Positions 19,304 to 27,556 of a stretch of 64,000 nucleotides of DNA are shown here, in pieces; positions within the stretch are counted from its first letter, which is position 1; every line of letters starts with the position of its first letter. The notes beneath the pieces were generated by a model that was given only the letters and a program-made list of their open reading frames with translations, searched no databases and was not told the DNA's origin. This stretch comes from Planctomycetota bacterium. GTDB lineage: Bacteria; Planctomycetota; JAJSAM01; JAJVHW01. The position numbers and the translations under genes are program-made. The DNA lies in assembly GCA_965248445.1 (NCBI GenBank), contig CBDFJG010000004.1:1280001-1344000 (forward strand). Reading direction: 5' to 3'.

Positions 19304-20348
19304 CATGCATATCCGGTTAATGACCGCGCCCACTACATCTTGTGCTAGAAGGGCAGCGGGCTTGCAGGCTCGTCGGCGTAGACCTGTTCGTACGTGCGCG
19401 GCGGCGTCTTCGCCGCGATGCCGAGGACCGTCTGGAACGCTGCCTGCGGCGTGCGTCTCCTGTTGAACCGGAACGTGAACTCGTCGAGATACCGCTGCAG
19501 GTGCTTCTTCGAGACCCGGCCGTGGTGCGTGCCTACGAGCCAGGTCTCTTGAGGTTGGAGAAGACCAGGTGCAGGTGCCTCAGGACGTCCGCCTGCGCCG
19601 CGCCCATCATCGTGGACTCGATCCCGTGCTCGTAGCCGAGTTTCTCGACTGCGTCGTAGGTCTCGTGGCCGTCGGTCACGACGAGCGCCCCACGCTCGAT
19701 GCTGTCCTTGACGAACGCCAGCAGGTGCGGCTTCGATGAGGCCGGCACGTGGCGCAGCCGGATGCGTCCGGGCTGTGTACCTCTCTTCGTCGGACGCACC
19801 TCGACCGCGCCGACCACGACGGCCTTGTCTGCCGCGGTGCGCTCCTCTCGGCCTCGAAACGGCGCTCCGATCAGCGCCTCGTCGACCTCGACGACGCCGA
19901 ACAACTGCGCGCGCTCCGGCGCGACCATCGCAGATCGCAGTTTCTGGAGCATCTGGTACGCGGTCTCGTAGCGGGTCAGACCGAGCTGTCGCTGGAGTGC
20001 GAGCGCAGAGACGCCCCGCTTGTCCGTCGTCATCAAGTACGCGGCCCACATCCAGGACTTCAGCGGCAGCCGGCTGCGATGCAGCACTGTGCCCGCGGTG
20101 ACCGACGTGATCAGGTCGCAGCCCACGCACCGCATCGCTCTTCGATCTGGACGGGGCCAGTACTTCTTGCCGCCGCACCGGCGGCAGCGGAACCCGTCGG
20201 GCCAACGACACTGCACGAGGTACTCGAGGCACTGCTCTTCCGTCGCGAACTGCTCCGTGAACTCCACGATGTTGCGAGGGTAGCCCGGCTTCGGCATGCG
20301 TCCGAGACACTACCCCTTGGGGTCACGGTCGTCAACCGGATATGCATG
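19304..20348 (-). mobile_element. IS1595-family insertion sequence (1045 bp) with 8-bp TSD CGAGATAG
   Basis: IRs CATGCATATCCGGTTAATGACCG / rc CATGCATATCCGGTTGACGACCG (21/23); TSD at 19296-19303 and 20349-20356. Confidence 0.95.
19345..20297 (-). pseudogene. IS1595 transposase, frameshifted by an apparent 2-bp duplication near 19545-19548
   Basis: Zn ribbon CRRC..CVGC, VEVDE, VVTDG, FSNLK in one frame; TWLVGTHHG..KHLQRYLDEFTFRFNRR continues in another frame. Confidence 0.88.
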
Positions 20349-21264
20349 CGAGATAGTCGTGCTCAGCCGCAGCGCCGAGACAGGGGATGGCCGCGTCCGC
20401 TGGGACGGTCGAACGCTGGGGCCCTGGACCAGCGCAATCGACGGTGCGGATGCAGTGATCAACCTCTCCGGGCGCAGCGTCGACTGCCGGTACAACAAGA
20501 CGAACCTCTCCGAGATGCTCTCCTCACGGCTCGACTCGACGCGCGTGATTGATGAGGCCATTCGCGGGGCGGCGCGTCCGCCGAGCGTGTGGTTGCAGGC
20601 GAGCACCGCGACGATCTACGCGCACCGGTTCGACGCCGACAACGACGAGGCCGCCGGTGTCCTCGGTGGGCATGAGCCGGACGTTCCGGCCTACTGGCGG
20701 TACAGCATCGAGATCGCGCGGGCGTGGGAGCGCGAGCAGGCCGCAGCGGACACGCAACACACGCGCCGGGTCGCCATGCGCATGGCGATCGTCATGAGCC
20801 GAGCTCCCGGCTGCGCGTTCCGGATCATGGAGCGGCTCGCGCGCATCGGGCTCGGCGGTCCGATCGCGGGCGGCCGGCAGTTCATGTCGTGGGTCCACGA
20901 TCGCGACCTGGTGCGAGCGGTCGCGTGGCTTCTCGAGCACGAGGAGATCGAGGGAGTCGTGAACATCGCCGCTCCCCACCCGCTGCCGCAGGCGGAGTTC
21001 ATGCGCCTGCTGCGCCGTGAGGTCGGCATGCCCATCGGCATCCCAGGATCCAAGCTCCTGTTCGAACTCGCTGCCGTGCTTCATCGCACGGACACGGAGT
21101 TGCTCCTCAAGAGCCGCCGCGTGGTCTCGGGGAGGTTGATGGATGCCGGCTTCCGTTTCGACTTCCCCAGGTGGGAGCAGGCAGTGGCAGATCTCGTGTC
21201 GAGGCGGACCGGACAGCGGCGATCTGCATAGACCGGCGGGGCGCTGCCCCGCCCGCGTACCCGG

Positions 21265-24200
21265 TCAGCGGGGCGCGTCCTCCGCGTAGTAGTCCTGCAG
21301 CGGCTTCACCGTGTAGCCGCGCTCGCGGATCTGTTCGATCGAGCGGATCGCGGCGGCGGCGCCGGAGAGCGTCGTGATGCAGGCGACGCCCTGCTGGACG
21401 GCGGCGGCTCGGATGCGACCCTCGTCGGTCGCGCAGCCCTTGCCCGTCGGGGTGTTGATGATCATGTCGATCTTGCCGTCGGCCAGGAGGTCGAGGACGT
21501 TCGGGCGGCCGCTCACGATCTTGTGCACGAACTCGGTCTCGACGCCGACCTCGGTGAGTGCCGCGCGCGTGCCGCCGGTCGAGATGATCGCAAAGCCGAG
21601 CCGCGCGAGTTCCTGCCCGATGTACTTGGCGGTCTCGCGGTCGTCGTGACGCACCGACAGGAACACGGTCCCGCCGTCGAACGGGATCTTCAGGTTGGCG
21701 GACACCAGCGCCTTGGCGAACGCGACGCCGAAGTCCGGGTCGATGCCCATCACCTCGCCGGTCGACTGCATCTCCGGGCCGAGCACGGTGTCGACGCCGG
21801 GGAAGCGGTTGAACGGGAACACCGGGCCCTTGATCGCGACGCGGCCCTTCGGCATGCCGATCTCGGTGATGCCCTGATCGTCGAGTGACTGCCCCGCCAT
21901 GGCGAGCGCGGCGACCTTCGCGATCGGCATGCCCTCGGCCTTCGAGACGAACGGCACCGTGCGCGACGCGCGCGGGTTGACCTCGAGGACGTAGACGTCG
22001 TCACCCTGGATCGCGTACTGGACGTTCATCAGGCCGACGACCTTCAACTCCTGCGCCAGCGCCAGCGTTGCAGCGCGGATCTCGGCGATGTGCGCCGCAG
22101 TGAGCGTCTGCGGCGGGATCGAGCACTGCGAGTCGCCGGAGTGCACACCGGCCTCCTCGATGTGCTCCATGATCCCGGCCACGACCCCGCGCGTGCCGTC
22201 CGACACGCAGTCGACGTCGATCTCGACAGCGCCTTCTAGGAATCGATCGAGCAGCACTGGGCGGTCGTCGGAAACGTCGAGGCCCGTGCGCACGTACTGC
22301 TCGAGTGTCTGCTCGTCGTAGCAGAGCATCATGCCACGGCCGCCCAGCACGTAGCTCGGCCGCACAAGCACCGGGAAGCCGATGCGCTTCGTGATCTCGA
22401 CCGCCTCCTCCGGCGTCGCAGCCATGCCGTTGGGCGGCTGACGCAGGCCGAGCTTCTCGATGATCTGCGCGAAGCTCTCGCGGTCCTCGGCCAGGTCGAT
22501 CGCGTGCGGCGACGTGCCGATGATCTTGACGCCCGCGTTCTCGAGTTCGCGCGCCAGCTTGAGCGGCGTCTGTCCGCCGAACTGCACGATCACGCCCTCG
22601 GGCTTCAGCTTGTCGTGGATGTTCAGCACGTCCTCGACGGTCAACGGCTCGAAGAACAAGAGGTCCGACGTGTCGTAGTCCGTCGAGACGGTCTCGGGGT
22701 TCGAGTTCACCATGATGGTCTCGTACCCGGCGTCGCGGAGCGCGAACGCGGCGTGCACGCAGCAGTAGTCGAATTCGACGCCCTGCCCGATGCGGTTCGG
22801 ACCCGAGCCGAGGATCATCATCTTCGGGCGGTCCGAGACGCGCGCCTCGCACTCGTCTTCCCACGTCGAGTAGTAGTACGGCGTCGCCGCCTCGAACTCC
22901 CCCGCACAGGTGTCGACGAGCTTGTAGGTCGGAACGATCCCGCGCCGCAAGCGATCCGCGCGCACCGCGGAGAGCTCCATGCCGTACAGGGTCGCGAGTT
23001 GCGCATCACTGAAGCCGTCCTGCTTCGCCATTCGCAGAAGGTCGTCGGAGACATCGGAAATCGAGTCGACAGCGCGGAGCGCGTCCTCCGTGTCCTGCAG
23101 CGACCGAAACTGTGCGAGGAACCACGGATCGATGCTCGTGATCTGGTGGATCTCGGCGTCGGTCATGCCGCTGCGCATCGCGTAGCGGAGGTACTGGATG
23201 CGACGGCTGTTCGGGCGTCCCAGGTGCTCGAGGATCTCCTCGCGGGGCGGCGGGTTCCCGAAGAGCATCGGGTCCTTGCGATCCAGACCGAGGCCGATGT
23301 GGCTCTCCACCGTTGAGCGAAGTGCCTTCTGCAGCGCCTCCTTGAACGTGCGACCGATGGCCATCGCCTCGCCCACCGACTTCATCTGCGAGCCGAGCGT
23401 CGAGTCCGCGTCCGGGAACTTCTCGAACGCGAAGCGCGGCACCTTGACGACGATGTAGTCGATGCTCGGCTCGAAGCACGCGGGGGTCTGCCGCGTGATG
23501 TCGTTCGAAATCTCGTCGAGCGTGTACCCGACTGCCAGCTTGGCGGCGAACTTCGCGATCGGGAACCCTGTGGCCTTGGATGCGAGCGCGGAACTGCGCG
23601 AGACACGCGGGTTCATCTCGATCACGATCATGTCGCCGTTCGCGGGGTCGATCGCGAACTGGATGTTCGACCCGCCCGTCTCGACGCCGATCTCGCGGAT
23701 GCACGCGAAGGCGGCGTCGCGCATGATCTGGTACTCGCGATCGGTGAGTGTCAGCGCCGGCGCGACCGTGACGGAGTCACCCGTGTGCACGCCCATCGGA
23801 TCGAGGTTCTCGATGGAGCAGATGACCACGCAGTTGTCGGCGTGGTCGCGCATGACCTCGAGCTCGAACTCCTTCCAGCCGAGGACGCTCTGCTCGATGA
23901 GGACTTCGGTGACCGGCGAGAGCCGCAGCCCGCGCTCGCAGATCGCGATGTACTCCTCGCGATTGTACGCAATCCCGCCGCCCGCCCCGCCCATCGTGAA
24001 CGATGGTCGGACGATGCATGGAAGGCCGATCTTCTCGACGGCATCGAGTGCGGTGGCCATCGAGTTGACGACGAAGCTCTTCGGGCAGTTGAGCCCGATC
24101 TTGCGCATCGCGTCCTTGAACAGCTGCCGGTCTTCGGCCTTCTTGATGACGTCGACCTGGGCGCCGAGCATCTCGACACCGAACTTCTCGAGCACGCCGT

Positions 24201-24513
24201 GCTCGTGCAGTTCGATCGCCGCGTTCAGGCCGGTCTGGCCGCCGAGCGTGGGGAGGAGCGCGTCGGGCCGCTCCTTCTCGATGATCTTCGCGATCGCTTC
24301 CCAGGTGATCGGTTCGATGTAGGTCCGGTCCGCGATGGTCGGATCGGTCATGATCGTGGCGGGGTTCGAGTTGACCAGGATGACCTGGTAGCCCTCCTCG
24401 CGCAGCGCCTTGCACGCCTGTGTGCCCGAGTAGTCGAACTCGCACGCCTGCCCGATGACGATGGGCCCGGAGCCGATGATCAGGATCGAGTTGAGGTCGT
24501 CGCGCCGGGGCAA
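21265..24513 (-). CDS. carB: carbamoyl-phosphate synthase large subunit
   Basis: [51 protein letters not shown]-terminal MGS domain. Confidence 0.98.
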   Translation of the reverse strand: MPRRDDLNSILIIGSGPIVIGQACEFDYSGTQACKALREEGYQVILVNSNPATIMTDPTIADRTYIEPITWEAIAKIIEKERPDALLPTLGGQTGLNAAIELHEHGVLEKFGVEMLGAQVDVIKKAEDRQLFKDAMRKIGLNCPKSFVVNSMATALDAVEKIGLPCIVRPSFTMGGAGGGIAYNREEYIAICERGLRLSPVTEVLIEQSVLGWKEFELEVMRDHADNCVVICSIENLDPMGVHTGDSVTVAPALTLTDREYQIMRDAAFACIREIGVETGGSNIQFAIDPANGDMIVIEMNPRVSRSSALASKATGFPIAKFAAKLAVGYTLDEISNDITRQTPACFEPSIDYIVVKVPRFAFEKFPDADSTLGSQMKSVGEAMAIGRTFKEALQKALRSTVESHIGLGLDRKDPMLFGNPPPREEILEHLGRPNSRRIQYLRYAMRSGMTDAEIHQITSIDPWFLAQFRSLQDTEDALRAVDSISDVSDDLLRMAKQDGFSDAQLATLYGMELSAVRADRLRRGIVPTYKLVDTCAGEFEAATPYYYSTWEDECEARVSDRPKMMILGSGPNRIGQGVEFDYCCVHAAFALRDAGYETIMVNSNPETVSTDYDTSDLLFFEPLTVEDVLNIHDKLKPEGVIVQFGGQTPLKLARELENAGVKIIGTSPHAIDLAEDRESFAQIIEKLGLRQPPNGMAATPEEAVEITKRIGFPVLVRPSYVLGGRGMMLCYDEQTLEQYVRTGLDVSDDRPVLLDRFLEGAVEIDVDCVSDGTRGVVAGIMEHIEEAGVHSGDSQCSIPPQTLTAAHIAEIRAATLALAQELKVVGLMNVQYAIQGDDVYVLEVNPRASRTVPFVSKAEGMPIAKVAALAMAGQSLDDQGITEIGMPKGRVAIKGPVFPFNRFPGVDTVLGPEMQSTGEVMGIDPDFGVAFAKALVSANLKIPFDGGTVFLSVRHDDRETAKYIGQELARLGFAIISTGGTRAALTEVGVETEFVHKIVSGRPNVLDLLADGKIDMIINTPTGKGCATDEGRIRAAAVQQGVACITTLSGAAAAIRSIEQIRERGYTVKPLQDYYAEDAPR

Positions 24514-24616
24514 GGCAGTCTCCGCTCGCGCACCACCGAACGGGGCACGCGGTGTCGCAGTTTCGTGACGCCCAGCCCCGCTCGATCATGGAATCCGGCG
24601 GGACGGGGAAAAGACG

Positions 24617-25843
24617 TCAGGAACCCGGTCCGGAAGAGCTGCCCGAAGAGCCACCAGAGGAGCCGCCACCTCCCCCGCCTCCGCCACCCCGGCGCCCTCG
24701 GCGTCGTCGGCGCGGCCGGGACGACTTCTCTGCTCCGGGCTTTCCGCTGGGCTTCCCGCCGGGCGCGCCGCCGGAGGGCTTCGCGCCCCCGGACTGTGTG
24801 CCCCCGGACTGGCCACCACCGGCACCGGACGGGCCGGGACCGCCAGGCCGCGAACCGCACCCCCTGCGGCGGCGGCGGCCGGGACCCGACCCCTCTCTCT
24901 TCGACCCGTCGTTCCGGGGCCCGTCCTTCGTCGCCTTACCCGGCCGCGCGGACCGGTCGCCTCCGGACGTGCGTTTCGCGCCCGAGCGACCGCCCTGCCG
25001 ACTCCGGCCGCCGCGGGAACGGCGACCGCGCCCACTGCCGGACCGTCCACCGTCGGACCGACCACCGCCGGACCGGCCACCGTCGCCCTTGCGGCGGGTC
25101 GGCCGCTCCGACGCCTCGGGGAGGTGCGCCTCGGGCGTTGCGTCGAGGAGTTCCTCGACCGTCCTCGGGCGCTCGTCCGCGGCTGGTTCCTCGCCGCGCT
25201 CCGCGGCCTCGCGGGCCGCACGCCGTGCCATCTTGCGGCGCCGGGCGCGCTCCTCGGAGCGCCGCTGACCCGGGTAGAGCTCGGGGCCACGGTCTTCGGG
25301 CACGTCCGGCGCCTCGTCTGCGGCGTCTTCCTCTGCAGTCTCGTCGGCAACGGTGCCCGCGGCGTCGCTCGGAGCGTCCGCCTCAGTGGCCGCCTCAATG
25401 GTCGCCGGGGGCGCGCCCTCGGCTGCCGGTTCGTCGCCGGGAGGCGGGCGGATCAGGAGGTCGCGCGGGTCCTGGGGACCGCGCTCGGGATCCTCGACGG
25501 CCTCGACCGTCAGAAGCGCCGGCAGGTAGCCGCGCGGCTCTCCGAGGGCGCGGACGCGGCGCGTGTAGTTCCAGCCGAGGAAGTCGCGCAGCAACTCGTC
25601 GTGGGCGAGCGTGATAGCACGGTCCGTTACGGGCTCAGGTGCCGAGGGGACCGGATCGAAGTACGTGCACGACAATCCGAACACGAGCGGACAGTCCACC
25701 ATGTGCACGACGCCGAGGTCGTTGCGGCACAGAGTCGTCGCCTCCGGAGCCGCGCCCTCCGCTTCGGCAACGCGGTGCAGGTTGTTCGCGCACAGGCTCG
25801 TCGCGGGCACGGAGGTGGCGGTTGGGGTCTCGAAGTCGGCCAT
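24617..25843 (-). CDS. hypothetical protein: Cys-containing N-terminal domain plus long acidic then Arg/Gly-rich disordered tail
   Basis: long ORF with plausible codon usage; 4 Cys in first ~65 aa; low-complexity tail. Confidence 0.6.
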   Translation of the reverse strand: MADFETPTATSVPATSLCANNLHRVAEAEGAAPEATTLCRNDLGVVHMVDCPLVFGLSCTYFDPVPSAPEPVTDRAITLAHDELLRDFLGWNYTRRVRALGEPRGYLPALLTVEAVEDPERGPQDPRDLLIRPPPGDEPAAEGAPPATIEAATEADAPSDAAGTVADETAEEDAADEAPDVPEDRGPELYPGQRRSEERARRRKMARRAAREAAERGEEPAADERPRTVEELLDATPEAHLPEASERPTRRKGDGGRSGGGRSDGGRSGSGRGRRSRGGRSRQGGRSGAKRTSGGDRSARPGKATKDGPRNDGSKREGSGPGRRRRRGCGSRPGGPGPSGAGGGQSGGTQSGGAKPSGGAPGGKPSGKPGAEKSSRPRRRRRGRRGGGGGGGGGSSGGSSGSSSGPGS

Positions 25844-25874
25844 GGCAGGCCGAGGAGGATACCGGGGCCTGCAC

Positions 25875-25913
25875 AGAAAGAGACGACGCCGCCCGCGCAG
25901 TGCGCGGACGGCG
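25875..25913 (-). terminator. putative intrinsic terminator closing the ECF-CHAT cluster
   Basis: minus strand CGCCGTCCGCGCACTGCGCGGGCGGCG hairpin followed by TCGTCTCTTTCT, ~25 nt after the 25938 stop. Confidence 0.5.
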
Positions 25914-25937
25914 CGTTCCTTCTCTCCCGCTCGCGGC

Positions 25938-26558
25938 TCAGGCGACCCGGATGCGACCGGCTGCGGGGAACCGCCGTTCGGTACGCGTACCGGTGTCGCT
26001 TCGCTCGACCTCGAGGCGACCGCCCAGGGCGGTCACGAGGCCGTTTACGTGCGGGTCCGTGCTCTCCTCGCCCGTTCCGGTGTCCCGGACGACGAGGACG
26101 AGTCCACCGTGGCCGGCAGGTCGCACACTCACGACGACGCGGGCCTGTGCCGCTGCGGAGTGGCAAATGCCCTCCTCAACGACTCGCGTCAGCACGTTCA
26201 CAACCGCCGCGACATCGATGTCGTGGTTGCTGCGGGTCGTGCTTGTCGTGATCAGTAGTACGCCCTGGTCCTGCGCCAGCGGCTCAACGACCGTGCGCAG
26301 ACGACGGAAGATCTCCGCCGACGTGCAACGCGGCCGCATTTCAAGTGCGCCCCCCGCCGGCGTGGCCGTGCGGTCCGCCTGAGATCGAATGACGCCTACA
26401 TCGGCGACATGTTCGGATTCCTGGAGTGTTCGGGTCCCCTCTCTCTCGGGTTCCCACCGCCGATCGAGACGGCACACTTCCAGCACCGCAGCGAGTTCCG
26501 GCGCGAACGCTGGAGCCGCTGTGCGCTTGTTGCGCAGCAAGGGGGCGCGGTTCTTCAT
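25938..26558 (-). CDS. degenerate HATPase_c (GHKL)-like domain protein
   Basis: ATG 26558 with AGGAG; LVLVVRDTGTG (G1-box like), LGGRLEVERSDTGT (G3-like); N-box Asn not evident, no HisKA domain. Confidence 0.6.
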   Translation of the reverse strand: MKNRAPLLRNKRTAAPAFAPELAAVLEVCRLDRRWEPEREGTRTLQESEHVADVGVIRSQADRTATPAGGALEMRPRCTSAEIFRRLRTVVEPLAQDQGVLLITTSTTRSNHDIDVAAVVNVLTRVVEEGICHSAAAQARVVVSVRPAGHGGLVLVVRDTGTGEESTDPHVNGLVTALGGRLEVERSDTGTRTERRFPAAGRIRVA

Positions 26559-26572
26559 AGTTGAGCTCCTCA

Positions 26573-27556
26573 TCAGTCGTTCACCGCGGCGTCGCAATCG
26601 ACACAGCCGCGGGTACTCGGTGAACTTCCCGTGATCGAAGACACGGTGTCCATCAACAGATCGCGGACGTCTTCCGGCGTGCGCGTCGAGTCGTCGTCGA
26701 GCGCGAGCGCGGCAGCGCCGCTCACGAGGGCGGCGGAGAACGAAGTTCCGTCCCACCAGCCGTAGTCGATTGCGGCGTCGTCGAGCGCTCCGGAGAGTCC
26801 TTCGCCCGGTGCGTAGATGTCCACCTCGGCGCCACCCGGGCTCCAAGACGCCACGACGTCGTTCGCATCGACCGCGCCGACCGTGATCGACGCCGCGCGC
26901 ACGTCTTCGTCATCGAGCAGATCGTCGGCCGCGTTGCCGGCGGAGGTCACGATCGTGACGCCTGCGGCGACGGCGTCGCTCACGGCGTCCAAGAGAACCT
27001 GCGTCGCATCGGGGATGACGGCGCTGATATTGATCACGTCGACGCCCTCGCTCACCGCGTGGTCGATCGCGGAAGCAAGATCGGCGCACGTGCCATTGCC
27101 CTCGTCGTCAAGACAGCGGATCGGGAGGATCTTGACGCCCGGCGCCGTCGCCCTGATCAGCGAAGCGATGAAGTTGCCGTGACCGGTGTTGCGGTCCGTG
27201 ACGCCGTCGCTGTCGTCGTCGGTGCCGTTCGGCGACTCGTCGACATCGCTGTCGTCGTCCACTGCGTCCCAGGCCCCGCTCTGCAGCGAGCCCGTCCAGA
27301 CCTCGTGGGTCAGGTCAAAGCCACTGTCGAGCACGGCGATGACGATGCCGTCGCCCGTGGCGACCGAGTGCGCATCGCCGGCGAGGATCGCGTCGAGAGC
27401 CGACTGCGAGTCGACCATTGACGCGGAGATCACCTCATCGCGCGCAGGCTTGTCGAACGGCTGCGCGATGACTTCCGCGCCGCTCCGCAGTCCGACCGAG
27501 AAGAGAACCGTTGTCGCCCCCAGCACCAGGGGCAAAAGTGTGTGTCGCGCTCCCAT
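26573..27556 (-). CDS. S8 subtilisin-like serine protease (catalytic domain only, signal peptide)
   Basis: IAVLDSG (D), GHGNFIA (H), SAGN (oxyanion N), DGTSFSA (S). Confidence 0.92.
   Translation of the reverse strand: MGARHTLLPLVLGATTVLFSVGLRSGAEVIAQPFDKPARDEVISASMVDSQSALDAILAGDAHSVATGDGIVIAVLDSGFDLTHEVWTGSLQSGAWDAVDDDSDVDESPNGTDDDSDGVTDRNTGHGNFIASLIRATAPGVKILPIRCLDDEGNGTCADLASAIDHAVSEGVDVINISAVIPDATQVLLDAVSDAVAAGVTIVTSAGNAADDLLDDEDVRAASITVGAVDANDVVASWSPGGAEVDIYAPGEGLSGALDDAAIDYGWWDGTSFSAALVSGAAALALDDDSTRTPEDVRDLLMDTVSSITGSSPSTRGCVDCDAAVND

Larger units (their letters stand above)
19222..21231 (+). pseudogene. TIGR01777/YfcH-family NAD-dependent epimerase (DUF1731) interrupted by IS1595
   Basis: MKIVIPGGSGHIG...GHEI|VVLSR...VINLSGRSVDCRY...SWVHDRD...LLKSRRV; removing the IS and one TSD gives a 957-nt intact ORF. 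Confidence 0.92.

Noticed and set aside
20296..21231. intact 311-aa epimerase as listed in the ORF track
   Set aside because: Its first residues come from the IS end; the real N-terminus with GxxGxxG lies at 19222-19303.
23785..25614. long plus-strand ORF (609 aa) and similar antisense/alternate-frame ORFs (e.g. 15777-17627, 34549-36375, 50979-52805, 55459-56742)
   Set aside because: Shadow ORFs of real genes in high-GC DNA; no motifs, Arg/Pro/Ala-rich composition.
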